Assembly (NCBI GenBank): GCA_964641815.1
Contig: CAZXKN010000109.1
Span: 1-45,894, forward strand
Direction of reading: 5' to 3'
Source: an uncultured Gemmatimonadaceae bacterium
Lineage (GTDB): Bacteria > Gemmatimonadota > Gemmatimonadetes > Gemmatimonadales > GWC2-71-9
DNA: 45,894 nt
In this document: piece after piece, positions 21,081 to 32,262 of the stretch
Numbering within the stretch: the stretch's first letter is position 1
Layout: each line of letters opens with the position of its first letter
Notes under the pieces: model-generated
What the model was told of the DNA's origin: nothing
What the model saw: only the letters and a program-made list of their open reading frames with translations
Database searches by the model: none
Program-made: the position numbers and the translations under genes

Positions 21081-23081
21081 CTAACGCCCCACTGCAAGCT
21101 CCGCGCCCACCAGCAGCGTCCGGCGGGGCGCTGGAAAGTGTACGACTTCTTCGTACCGGGCGTTGAGCGCGTTATGCACGCGCGCGGTCAGCGACACCCC
21201 CGGCATCGGCCCGTTGCGCCACAGCTCCCCTCGCAACGCCACGTCCACGCGCATATACGCCCGCAACGTCACCCGCGGTGGCGGGAAACTATCGAAGTCC
21301 TGATCCTCGCGGTGCCCGACATACGTGACGCTCACGACCCCCGAGCTTCGTACCGACGGCGCCCACTCGAAATCGAGCCGCGCCGCGTGCGCCGGCCGCC
21401 GGAGCAACGGCTGCCCGGCGGCAAACTGCGCCCCCGTCGAGCTGTCGAAGCCCGACCGTGTCACCCTGGTACGTAGGAACGTATAGCTCAGGGAGGCCGT
21501 GACGGGCCCCACCGGACGAGCGGTCACCCGCGTCTCGATGCCATTGGCCGTCGCCGCAGCGACGTTGTAGTAGTTCGGGGCGCCCGTATCCGGCGGCACC
21601 CCGAGGTAGTCGATCAGGTCGTGGAACCGCTGCAGGAACACGGTGGCGCTCGCCGTCACGCGGCCATCGATGAACGAGTGCTCGATGCCCACTTCCCCGC
21701 TGGTGGTGCGCTCTCCCTTGAGGTTTGGATTTCCCACGACGAAACCAGTCGAGAAATTCTCGAGGAACGTCGGCTCCTTGAATCCGGTGCCCACCGTCGC
21801 GCGCAGCCGCGTGTCCGCCCCCAGCCGCAGCACCACCCCGCCGCGGTAGGTGACGATGTCGCCGAAGCGGCTCGAATGATCGAGCCGCGCTCCCGCCGTG
21901 AGATCGGCCCGCAGTCCCAGGGGAACGAGCGCCTGCCCATACACCGATCGCGACGTTCGGGCGGTGTCGATGGCCGGACTCGCGCAATCGCCGAACTGCC
22001 CCGTGCAGACGTTCGTGCTCTTGTCGTGCTCGTGCTCGAGCCCCACCCCCGCCGTCAGGACACTGCGGGCGGCGAGGTGGACGTTGGCATGCACGTCAGC
22101 GCCGCTCCGATCCTGAAGATCGCGGCTGTGAAAGTCGTTGTAGAACCCGAGCGTGTCGCCCGGGTTGTCCTGGGGGTCGTCGTAGCGCAGCTCGCCGTGG
22201 TGTGTCCACACCGACACCCGCCCCTCAACGTGGCCGGAAACGAACCGCCCGGCTTCGAGCCCCAGCGTCGGCCCCCGCTCCGTCGTCGACTGATTCGAGT
22301 CGGCGAGATTGCCGGCGCCGTCGGTCGGGAAGTGAAACCGATGGTCGTCCCAGCGACCGGAGACCGTCACATCGCTCTTGTCGTCGGGTGCCAGGTGCAG
22401 CCGCGCGTCCCCTGAGCCGGTACGACTCTCATTGTTGAACGGCAGCGTGCCGTCCGTCGTGGCCCAGCTCCCGCCGACCGACCACCCGAGCCGCGCCGTT
22501 CCTCCCGCCGCGCTGGCGTACGATTCCAGCGTGCCGTAGGTCCCGCCCCGCGTGCCGAGCGTCACCGCCGGCGTCCCGGGAAGGCGACGGTCGCGCGTCA
22601 ACAGCTGCACCACTCCGGTCACCGCGTCGGACCCGTACAGCACGCTCGCCGGGCCTCGCAGCACTTCCACGCGCTCGAGGTTATCGGTCGTCAGCCCGGC
22701 GAAATCAAACGCCCCACCGGGTTGGTTCAGCGGCACGCCATTGAGCAGGACCTTGGTGTAGTCGCTCTCTCCGCCGCGGATGAAGATCGACGTCTGGGCC
22801 CCGAACGAACCGCTTTGGACGACGGCGGCCCCGGGAACGGAGCGCAACGCATCGGCGACGCTCGTTACCCCGGCACGGGACAGATCAGCGCCGTTCAGGA
22901 CAGATACGCTGACGCTCAAGGTCGACGGCGGAGTGGGGAGACGGGTTGCGGTCACAACGACTCGCTTCAAGGTGACTGTGTCGGATTGTTGGGCACGGAG
23001 AAAGGCGAAAGGCGTCGAGAAAAGAATCGTCGAGAGGAGAAACGTCGAGAGGAACGACGTGACAGAACGCATGAAGACTCC
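21081..23081 (-). CDS. TonB-dependent outer-membrane receptor, BtuB-like (cobalamin)
   Basis: Signal peptide, TonB-box/plug sequence DTVTLKRVVVTATR, plug motifs (FIRGGESDYTKVLLNGVPLN, RVEVLRGPASVLYGSDA) and a beta-barrel repeat pattern. It is the last gene of the riboswitch-led operon. The track ORF to 23897 is a false extension. Confidence 0.85.
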   Translation of the reverse strand, partial: GVFMRSVTSFLSTFLLSTILFSTPFAFLRAQQSDTVTLKRVVVTATRLPTPPSTLSVSVSVLNGADLSRAGVTSVADALRSVPGAAVVQSGSFGAQTSIFIRGGESDYTKVLLNGVPLNQPGGAFDFAGLTTDNLERVEVLRGPASVLYGSDAVTGVVQLLTRDRRLPGTPAVTLGTRGGTYGTLESYASAAGGTARLGWSVGGSWATTDGTLPFNNESRTGSGDARLHLAPDDKSDVTVSGRWDDHRFHFPTDGAGNLADSNQSTTERGPTLGLEAGRFVSGHVEGRVSVWTHHGELRYDDPQDNPGDTLGFYNDFHSRDLQDRSGADVHANVHLAARSVLTAGVGLEHEHDKSTNVCTGQFGDCASPAIDTARTSRSVYGQALVPLGLRADLTAGARLDHSSRFGDIVTYRGGVVLRLGADTRLRATVGTGFKEPTFLENFSTGFVVGNPNLKGERTTSGEVGIEHSFIDGRVTASATVFLQRFHDLIDYLGVPPDTGAPNYYNVAAATANGIETRVTARPVGPVTASLSYTFLRTRVTRSGFDSSTGAQFAAGQPLLRRPAHAARLDFEWAPSVRSSGVVSVTYVGHREDQDFDSFPPPRVTLRAYMRVDVALRGELWRNGPMPGVSLTARVHNALNARYEEVVHFPAPRRTLLVGAELAVGR

Positions 23082-23083
23082 GA

Positions 23084-23878
23084 TCAGGTTGGGCGGCGTA
23101 ATGGAGTGATTTGAGGGCGATTGTCGAAGGACGACACGGCGACCGGCCAGCCGAACACCGATTCTGCCTGCTCGCGACGCAGCACATCCGCCGGCGTGCC
23201 ACCGGCGACGGCATTGCCGTCGGACATCAGCAACAACCGGTCGGCGAAGCGCGAGGCGAGGTTGACGTCGTGCGTGACGAGCAGCGCGGCGAGGCCCTGC
23301 TGGTCCACCAGCCTCCGCACCAGCTCGAACAGCTCCATCTCGTGGCGCAGGTCGAGCGACGCCGTCGGCTCGTCGAGCACCAGGAGCTGCGGCTCCTGCG
23401 CCAGCGCGCGGGCGATCCGCACGCGCTGGTATTCCCCGCCCGACAACGTCCACAGCCAGCGGTCGGCGAGGCCCGCGACATCGCACCGCTCGAGGGCGCG
23501 GTCCACCGCGACCCGGTCCTCCTCCCGCTCGCGGCCGAATGCGCCGAGCCGCGGGTATCGCCCCAGGCGGACCGTCTCGCGCACCCGCTGCGGGAAGAGG
23601 TTGTCCTCGCGCTGCGGCACGACGCCCACGACGCGCGCGAGGTCGCGACGCGGCCATGCGACGGCCGCGCGCCCCTGGACCAGTGCCGACCCTGCGCGCG
23701 GCGTCTGTAAGCCGAGGGCGATGCGGACCAGCGTCGTCTTGCCGCTGCCGTTCGGCCCCAGGAGGGCGACGAGCTCGCCGCCCGACACGCCAAGCGACAC
23801 GTTGCGCAGCGCGTCGCGCATGACGCCGGGATAGCGGAACGTGACGTCCCGCACGTCGAGAATCAGTACGCGGTCCAT
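23084..23878 (-). CDS. ABC transporter ATP-binding protein (FecE/BtuD type)
   Basis: Walker A GPNGSGKTT, signature LSGGEYQR and Walker B LLVLDEPT. The ATG at 23878 overlaps the permease 3' end by 16 nt. Confidence 0.9.
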   Translation of the reverse strand: MDRVLILDVRDVTFRYPGVMRDALRNVSLGVSGGELVALLGPNGSGKTTLVRIALGLQTPRAGSALVQGRAAVAWPRRDLARVVGVVPQREDNLFPQRVRETVRLGRYPRLGAFGREREEDRVAVDRALERCDVAGLADRWLWTLSGGEYQRVRIARALAQEPQLLVLDEPTASLDLRHEMELFELVRRLVDQQGLAALLVTHDVNLASRFADRLLLMSDGNAVAGGTPADVLRREQAESVFGWPVAVSSFDNRPQITPLRRPT

Positions 23879-24804
23879 CGCCTGAGCAGCACCGCAAAGA
23901 GGGGGACGCCGACGAGCGCCGTGACGATCCCGACCGGCAGCTCGCGTGGCGCGACGACCGTCCGCGCCAGCGTGTCGGCCAGGATGAGCAGCGTCCCGCC
24001 CGCCAGGAACGACGCGGGCAGGAGCCGCAAATGCCGGCCGCCGACGAGCGCGCGACCGAGGTGCGGCACGATCAGACCCACGAAGCCGATGACGCCCGCG
24101 ACCGCCACCGACACCGCCGTCAGGAACGATGCCGCGAGATAGACCCGCCGCTTCACGGCGCGCACGTCGGCCCCGAGGTGGCGCGCCGGCTCTTCGCCCA
24201 GGGCGAGAAGATCGAGCGGGCGTGCGGCGGCGAGCAGGACGAGGACGGGAATCGGCAGGCACAACCCGATCACCCGCAGCGTGTCCCAGGAGGCCCCCGA
24301 CAACCCGCCCCAGAGCCACAGGTAGGCGTTGCGCAGCTCGCTCGCCTCGGCGAGCGAGACGATCGCCGTCATCACGGCGCCGCAGAATGCGCCGACCGCT
24401 ACGCCGCCGAGCAGCAGAATTCGCGGATCGAGCTCCGCCCCGCCCACGAGGCCCAGCCGGAAGACGAGACCGAGGGCGATCAGCGCACCGGCGAATGCGG
24501 CGAGGGGAATTGCCCAGGGGCCGCCCAGGTGCAGCGCGATGGCCAGCACGGCGCCGAGGCCGGCGCCTCCGGAGAGCCCCAGCAGAAAGGGATCGGCCAG
24601 CGGATTCCGCACCAGCGATTGCAGGCTCGCCCCCGCGAGGCCGAGCGAGCCACCGACGAGCAGTCCGAGCAATGCCCGCGGCAGGCGCAGGTCCATCACG
24701 ATCGGCGAATGCGCGAGCTCGGAGAGCGGCACGGACGCAGGACCGAGCACGACCCCCGCAACGAGCGCGGCAAGGAGCGCGGTGCAGAGCCAGAGCCATT
24801 TCAT
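23863..24804 (-). CDS. FecCD-family ABC permease (BtuC-like)
   Basis: Multiple transmembrane segments and the motif RNPLADPFLLGLSGGAGLG. I chose the ATG at 24804 (MKWLWLC). Confidence 0.88.
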   Translation of the reverse strand: MKWLWLCTALLAALVAGVVLGPASVPLSELAHSPIVMDLRLPRALLGLLVGGSLGLAGASLQSLVRNPLADPFLLGLSGGAGLGAVLAIALHLGGPWAIPLAAFAGALIALGLVFRLGLVGGAELDPRILLLGGVAVGAFCGAVMTAIVSLAEASELRNAYLWLWGGLSGASWDTLRVIGLCLPIPVLVLLAAARPLDLLALGEEPARHLGADVRAVKRRVYLAASFLTAVSVAVAGVIGFVGLIVPHLGRALVGGRHLRLLPASFLAGGTLLILADTLARTVVAPRELPVGIVTALVGVPLFAVLLRRWTAY

Positions 24805-24808
24805 GTGG

Positions 24809-25720
24809 CTAGTGGCGTGTGGCGGGTGGCGAGTGAGACAATAGCGCCGAGAGCCGGGCGATGGCCTCGGGGGCTCGCGCCGATGGCTGGCCGAAGAGAT
24901 CAGCGGGCAGCAGCAGGAATCTGCCCTCTCGCACTGCCCGCACCACGCGCCATTCGGGGCGGCGCGACCATGCGGGCGGCGCATCCTCCGTACTGTCGCG
25001 CACCACGGCGATCCAATCGGGATCGCGAGCCACGATCGTCTCGATCGACACCGTCGCCGAGGGCGTGGCGATGTCGTGGAACACGTTTTCGGCTCCCGCC
25101 CGCCGGGCGAGCTCGTCCAGGAAACTTCCCGCCCCGATCACGATCGGCGGTGCGTCCCACACGACGTACGCCAGCCTGGTCACGAGCGGCGGGAGCGGCT
25201 GTGCCAACAGCGAGTCGATCGCCCGCCCGACCACCGCACCGCCCGAGTCCTGTCCCGTGGCGCGCCCCAGGAGCCGCGCCGTGCGCGCGATGTCCGCGAG
25301 GCCGTCGTGCCGCACCACGAGCGTGGGCACGCCCAGTCGCTCGAGTTGCTGCGCCGCGGCGTCGGTGTGTGCCGAGCGATACAGCAGCACGAGGTCAGGA
25401 TGGCGTGCGACGATCGCTTCGACGCTGGGGTTGAGCCCGTCACCTACGGCGGGGACCTGCAATGCGGCGGGCGGATACTGGTCGTAGACCGTGCGGCCCA
25501 CGACCTGCCCACCCGCGCCGATGGCGAACAGCAGCTCGGTGATCGAGGGGGCGAGGGAGACGACGCGGCGGGCGGGCCCGGCGAGCTGGACGGGGCGCCC
25601 TGCGTCGTCGGTCAGCGCCAGCGGACCGGCAGTCTGGTGCCGTGCGACGCCGTGACAGGCAACGCCCAGCAGGGCGACGAGCCCGCCGGCGAGGTGGGTG
25701 CGATGTGCCCAGCGGCCCAT
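24809..25720 (-). CDS. periplasmic substrate-binding protein, BtuF/cobalamin-siderophore class
   Basis: RRVVSLAPSITELLFAIGAGGQVVG is a typical cluster-A binding-protein motif. This is the first gene after the B12 riboswitch. Confidence 0.82.
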   Translation of the reverse strand: MGRWAHRTHLAGGLVALLGVACHGVARHQTAGPLALTDDAGRPVQLAGPARRVVSLAPSITELLFAIGAGGQVVGRTVYDQYPPAALQVPAVGDGLNPSVEAIVARHPDLVLLYRSAHTDAAAQQLERLGVPTLVVRHDGLADIARTARLLGRATGQDSGGAVVGRAIDSLLAQPLPPLVTRLAYVVWDAPPIVIGAGSFLDELARRAGAENVFHDIATPSATVSIETIVARDPDWIAVVRDSTEDAPPAWSRRPEWRVVRAVREGRFLLLPADLFGQPSARAPEAIARLSALLSHSPPATRH

Positions 25721-25819
25721 GCAAAACGCCCACCCCCGTCGGATCGGAGATGGGCGAGCGGAACAGCGCCTCAGTGCGCTGCGACGCCACCATCCCTCCC
25801 GCGAGGGACTGCAAGGTGG

Positions 25820-25960
25820 CGCGAACGGCGAGGTCTCCTGGCTTCGGGCGCCTGGTCAGTGCCTTCCCGGTTTCCCAGTGGCAACCAACCGAAACAACTG
25901 CCCGTTACAGTGGCGGGGCCGCGCCGGACTCGCACCGGCTTCCATGATCCCCGTTCGCGT
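25820..25960 (-). promoter_or_regulatory. cobalamin (AdoCbl) riboswitch aptamer; the expression platform continues to about 25721
   Basis: Read on the minus strand: GGAAGCCGGTGCGAGTCCGGCGCGGCCCCGCCACTGTAACGGG ... GTTGCCACTGGGAAACCGGGAAGGC ... AAGCCAGGAGACCTCGCC (B12 box). It is closed by a 9-bp P1 stem, CGCGAACGG (25959-25951) with CCGTTCGCG (25828-25820). Confidence 0.85.
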
Positions 25961-26008
25961 TGTACTGGCTACGGTAAACGTGCGAGCGGCGGGGCGCAAG
26001 CGCTATTG

Positions 26009-26075
26009 GCTGTCGGCCGCCGGCTATCGGCTGCTCCTTGCATTAGCAGATTGCCGATGGCCGAAAGCCGACAGC
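26009..26075. repeat. REP-like long imperfect hairpin 4 nt downstream of a stop codon (copy B)
   Basis: Arms GCTGTCGGC..CGGC.ATCGGC..TGCT and AGCA..GCCGAT.GCCG...GCCGACAGC give about 23 bp of pairing around the loop CCTTGCATT. It shares a 10-mer and a 12-mer with copy A. Confidence 0.55.
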
Positions 26076-26079
26076 GCCT

Positions 26080-27030
26080 CTACTGAGAGCTGATAGCTGA
26101 TGGCTGAGAGCGCTTCAACGCAATCCACAACCCGATCCCCATCGCCACCACCACCAGCCCCACGATATACGGCAGGAACGCATCGATGCGCAGTCGCGCC
26201 GCGGGAAACGCGATCCGCACCGGGGCGCCGGCGGCAAGCGAATCGGCGCGATAGCGCGCGAAGCGGCGCTGCTCGATCGTCTCGACGCCGAGTCGCACGA
26301 GACCGGGCGCCGTGACCGCGGTCGTCGAATCCTCGAACAGCAGGTCGAGCTCGTCCGTCGGCTGATCGATCGGCAGCACCAGCGATCGCACCGCGCCGCC
26401 CAGCACGTAGCGGTACGACAGCTGCCGCCGCCCCTGCGGTTGCAGCGGCCCGAACAGCTTCACCCCTCCGGCGCGCTGCGACACGACGTCATTCGAGAAA
26501 TCGCTCGCCTGCAGCGCGAACTCGAGCGCCTGCTCCGGGATGGCACCGCTCCAGGTGGGGTGCACGGTGTCGTTCGACACCCGCGTCGTGCGGCCCGGGT
26601 TCTCGAGCTCCAGAATCTCGAGTACTTCGTGCGAGCCGTCGGCCTGGGCGCGCGCGATGGTGAGCAGGCGCCGCCGCAACAGGATCGCGGGGCCGGTCGA
26701 GCTCGTGTCCCACACGACGAGCGGATCGGCCGTCGTCGTCTGCCCGATGGTGAGGTGCAACGGCAGCGAGAAATACGCCAGGCTGTCATGCTCGGCGCTC
26801 ACGACGTAGACGGCGGTGCTGTCCACATCGGCCACGCGGATGCGCCAGCGCCCCGCGGCGTCGGTGCGCACCGAGTCCACCGGCCCGCCGTCACCCATCG
26901 TGATGCGATGCAACACGACGAAGCGCCCGGCCACGGGACGGCCGGGCGCGCCCAGCACGACCCGCCCGGTAACGGTCGCACTTTGGGCCGCGAGGCGGCC
27001 CGGGGAGGCCGCCACCAGCGCCGCGAGCAC
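26080..27030 (-). CDS. hypothetical protein with an N-terminal carboxypeptidase-regulatory-like beta-sandwich and a C-terminal transmembrane helix
   Basis: TVTGRVVLGAPGRPVAGRFVVL...TDAAGRWRIRV is a CarboxypepD_reg-like pattern. The C-terminus FLPYIVGLVVVAMGIGLWIAL is hydrophobic. The start is GTG. Confidence 0.5.
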   Translation of the reverse strand: MLAALVAASPGRLAAQSATVTGRVVLGAPGRPVAGRFVVLHRITMGDGGPVDSVRTDAAGRWRIRVADVDSTAVYVVSAEHDSLAYFSLPLHLTIGQTTTADPLVVWDTSSTGPAILLRRRLLTIARAQADGSHEVLEILELENPGRTTRVSNDTVHPTWSGAIPEQALEFALQASDFSNDVVSQRAGGVKLFGPLQPQGRRQLSYRYVLGGAVRSLVLPIDQPTDELDLLFEDSTTAVTAPGLVRLGVETIEQRRFARYRADSLAAGAPVRIAFPAARLRIDAFLPYIVGLVVVAMGIGLWIALKRSQPSAISSQ

Positions 27031-27043
27031 GCTCAGCGTGCCG

Positions 27044-27544
27044 CTACGGCGTGAACTTCCCGAAATCCTCAGGATCGAGATTCTGGAGGTGGTTCTTCAA
27101 CCAGTCGGCGTCGACCGGCGGGGTGGTGGTGTCGGTCGACAGCTCGGAGGTATCGACGGAGGTGTGCTCCAGCAGCTCGTCGCTCGTGAAGATCGGCGCC
27201 TTGAGGCGCAGCGCCACGGCGATCGAGTCCGACGGACGCGCGTCGATGTTCACGATCGCGTCGCCCCGATAGATATGCAGCTCGGCGTAGTACGTGTTGT
27301 CCTGCACCTTCGTGATGATCACCTTGCGCAGGTCGGCGCCGAGTCCGACGATTACCTGTTTCAGCAGGTCATGCGTGAGCGGCCGGGCGAATTTCATTCC
27401 CGCCAGCTCCATCGCGATCGCGCTCGCCTCCGCCGGCCCGATCCAGATCGGCAACACCCGCTCGCCGTTCTGCTCCTGCAGGATCACGACCGGGGTGTTG
27501 GTGGTCTTGTCGAGGCCAAGGTGGGCAACGCGGACTTCGATCAC
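27044..27544 (-). CDS. bifunctional nuclease (DUF151/BFN) family protein
   Basis: PVVILQEQNGERVLPIWIGPAEASAIA...ARPSDSIAVALR is typical of DUF151. The GTG at 27544 lies 11 nt after the ahcY stop. The track start at 27718 is a false extension. Confidence 0.78.
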   Translation of the reverse strand: MIEVRVAHLGLDKTTNTPVVILQEQNGERVLPIWIGPAEASAIAMELAGMKFARPLTHDLLKQVIVGLGADLRKVIITKVQDNTYYAELHIYRGDAIVNIDARPSDSIAVALRLKAPIFTSDELLEHTSVDTSELSTDTTTPPVDADWLKNHLQNLDPEDFGKFTP

Positions 27545-27554
27545 GAGCGCCGCC

Positions 27555-30109
<2,555 letters not shown>

Positions 30110-30196
30110 AGGGCCTTGGGAAGGGGGAAAGGGCTTGAACGGTCCAAACTAGCCCGCCGCCCAAAGCCGGGCAACAGGCGGAAGCCTACACCGTTC

Positions 30197-31948
30197 TCAC
30201 AGGATGGCCGGATCGATGCCGCAGGCTGCGACACCGGCGCGCAGCACCTCCAGCACGTCGGCATCGGTGCGCGCGTCGAGCGCCGAGCGGGCGGCGGCGC
30301 GCGCCGTCTCGCGGCTCACCTGGCGCACCAGCCAGCGGATGCGCGGCAGCGAGGGCGGCGCCACCGACAGTGTCTCATATCCGAGACCGATCAGCAGGAA
30401 CGCCGACAGCGGATCCGATGCCATCTCGCCGCACACGCTCGCCGGCTTCTTCGCGGCGCAGGCGGCGTCTGCGACCTGCTGGAGCAGCCGCAGCACCGCG
30501 GGGTCGTGCGGAGTGAAACGGTCGGCGAGGCGTGCGTTGCCGCGATCCACGACGAGGGTGTACTGCGTCAGATCGTTGGTGCCGACCGACAGGAAGTCGC
30601 TGGCCGCGACGAAGCGGTCGGCCAGCACCGCGGCTGCCGGCGTCTCGACCATCACCCCCACCGGCACCGACTCGGCCGCGGCGACCCCGTCCTGCTTCAG
30701 ATTGGCGCCCTCTTCCGCCACCAGCGCGCGCGTGCGCTCGATCTCCGAAACCCGCGTCACCAGCGGGATCATGAGGTGCACATCGGAGTCGACCGCGGCG
30801 CGCAGGATCGCCCGGATCTGCGCCCGGAACAGCTCCGGCTGATCGAGGCACACGCGGATCGCGCGCCAGCCAAGAAACGGGTTGGGCTCGGTCGGCGCCT
30901 GGAAGGCCGCGGGAAACTTGTCGCCGCCGAGGTCGAAGGTGCGGATGACGACGGGTTGGTCGGGAAACGCCTTCGCCACCTTCGTGAAGTAGCGCGTCTG
31001 CTCGTCCTCGGTCGGCAAGGTGGTGTGCCCGGTGACGAAGAACTCGGTGCGCAAGAGCCCGACGCCCTCCGCCCCGTGCGAGCGCGCGGCGTTGATCTCT
31101 TCGGGGAGGTCGACGTTGCCGCGCAGCGCGATGCGCTGCCCGTCGGTCGTGACGGCCGGCAGCGAGACGCCGCGCTCCAGCTCGACGACACGCGCGTGGT
31201 CCTTCACCTCGCGCTGGTTGGCTTCGACGATCTCCGCCTGCGTCGGGTCGAGCAGCACCGTGCCGCGGCTGCCGTCGAGCAGCAGCATCGTCCCGGCGTG
31301 AATCCGGCCCAGCGCGCCGGTGAGACCCATGACCGCGGGCATGCCCATCGAGTGCGCCAGAATCGCGGCGTGCGAGGTGCGCGTCCCTTCCTCGCTCACG
31401 ATGCCGACCACCTGCGCGCGGTCGAGCTGCACGGTGAGCCCCGGACCCAGCTCGCGCGCCACCACGATCGACCCGTGCGGAAATCCCTCCAGCTCGTCGT
31501 CGCCGAGGTGCATGAGGTGGCGCACCACGCGCACCATCACGCCGTTCAGATCCGCGATGCGGTCCCGGAGGCGCGCGTTGCCGACGGAGGTCCAGGCATC
31601 GCGCTGCTCCAGCGCCTTGAACTCGAACGCCTTCTCGGCGGTGAGGTGGTTCTCGCGGATCAGGTCCTCCACCGCGCCGATGAAGTCCTTGTCCTCGAGC
31701 ATCAGCATCTGCGCGTCGAAAATGCGCGCTTCGTCGGGCCCGATCCGCTCCTCGGTGCGCGCCTTGAGATCGGCGATGTGGCGCTGCACATCCTTCAGGG
31801 CGGCGCGCAGCCGCCGCACTTCGCGCTCGACCTGAGAGCGCGGCACGACGCGGTGCGGCACGTCGGGGAGCTGTGACTGCACCACGACTGCCGCCCCGAT
31901 CGCCATACCGGGCGACACCCCGATGCCGCGCATCAGGCGGTCCTTCAC
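30197..31948 (-). CDS. ptsI: phosphoenolpyruvate-protein phosphotransferase (PTS enzyme I)
   Basis: Active-site region GTRTSHAAILAHSMGMPAV and the C-terminal PEP-utilising TIM-barrel motifs (GLLRTEF, SVGTNDLTQY). The GTG start overlaps the HPr TGA. Confidence 0.93.
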   Translation of the reverse strand: MKDRLMRGIGVSPGMAIGAAVVVQSQLPDVPHRVVPRSQVEREVRRLRAALKDVQRHIADLKARTEERIGPDEARIFDAQMLMLEDKDFIGAVEDLIRENHLTAEKAFEFKALEQRDAWTSVGNARLRDRIADLNGVMVRVVRHLMHLGDDELEGFPHGSIVVARELGPGLTVQLDRAQVVGIVSEEGTRTSHAAILAHSMGMPAVMGLTGALGRIHAGTMLLLDGSRGTVLLDPTQAEIVEANQREVKDHARVVELERGVSLPAVTTDGQRIALRGNVDLPEEINAARSHGAEGVGLLRTEFFVTGHTTLPTEDEQTRYFTKVAKAFPDQPVVIRTFDLGGDKFPAAFQAPTEPNPFLGWRAIRVCLDQPELFRAQIRAILRAAVDSDVHLMIPLVTRVSEIERTRALVAEEGANLKQDGVAAAESVPVGVMVETPAAAVLADRFVAASDFLSVGTNDLTQYTLVVDRGNARLADRFTPHDPAVLRLLQQVADAACAAKKPASVCGEMASDPLSAFLLIGLGYETLSVAPPSLPRIRWLVRQVSRETARAAARSALDARTDADVLEVLRAGVAACGIDPAIL

Positions 31949-32262
31949 GCCTCGGTCTCCTCCTCGGCCTCGGTTTCGTAGTCGGTGAGATCCATCTCGT
32001 TGAAGCCCGCGGCCACGAGCGTGAGCAGCGCGTCCATCGCGAGCTCCGCGTCCTCGCCCTCGGCCTTGATCATCATCGACGAGCCCTTCTCCGCGGCGAG
32101 CATCATCACCCCCATGATGCTCTTGCCGTTGACGCTCAGGCCGTCCTTCGACACGAAGACGGCGCTCTTGAACCTGCTCGCGGTCTTGACGAACTCCGCT
32201 GCCGGCCGGGCGTGCATGCCGAGCGGGTTGACGATCCGCGCTTCACGCTCGATCAGCGCCAT
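31945..32262 (-). CDS. ptsH: HPr phosphocarrier protein with an acidic C-terminal tail
   Basis: His15 context NPLGMHARPAA and Ser46 context VNGKSIMGVMML. An extra tail DLTDYETEAEEETEA follows. The track ORF to 33240 is a false extension. Confidence 0.9.
   Translation of the reverse strand: MALIEREARIVNPLGMHARPAAEFVKTASRFKSAVFVSKDGLSVNGKSIMGVMMLAAEKGSSMMIKAEGEDAELAMDALLTLVAAGFNEMDLTDYETEAEEETEA

Noticed and set aside
21081-23897. Track ORFs with long N-terminal extensions. They are 21081-23897, 23084-24799, 23863-24984, 16290-18551, 31945-33240, 32253-33731, 33664-34398, 34522-36147, 35493-36107, 35825-37144, 36946-37521, 39006-39959, 42729-44330, 27044-27718, 27555-29228 and 1870-3384.
   Set aside because: The extensions are Arg/Pro/Gly-rich, overlap the upstream gene in another frame, and precede the point where family homology begins. 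Internal ATG or GTG starts, often overlapping the upstream stop as ATGA or GTGA, were used instead.
30110-30196. Canonical SAM-I, SAM-II or SAH riboswitch upstream of metK-ahcY.
   Set aside because: I found none of the conserved consensus blocks I know for these classes. It is kept only as a low-confidence structural observation.
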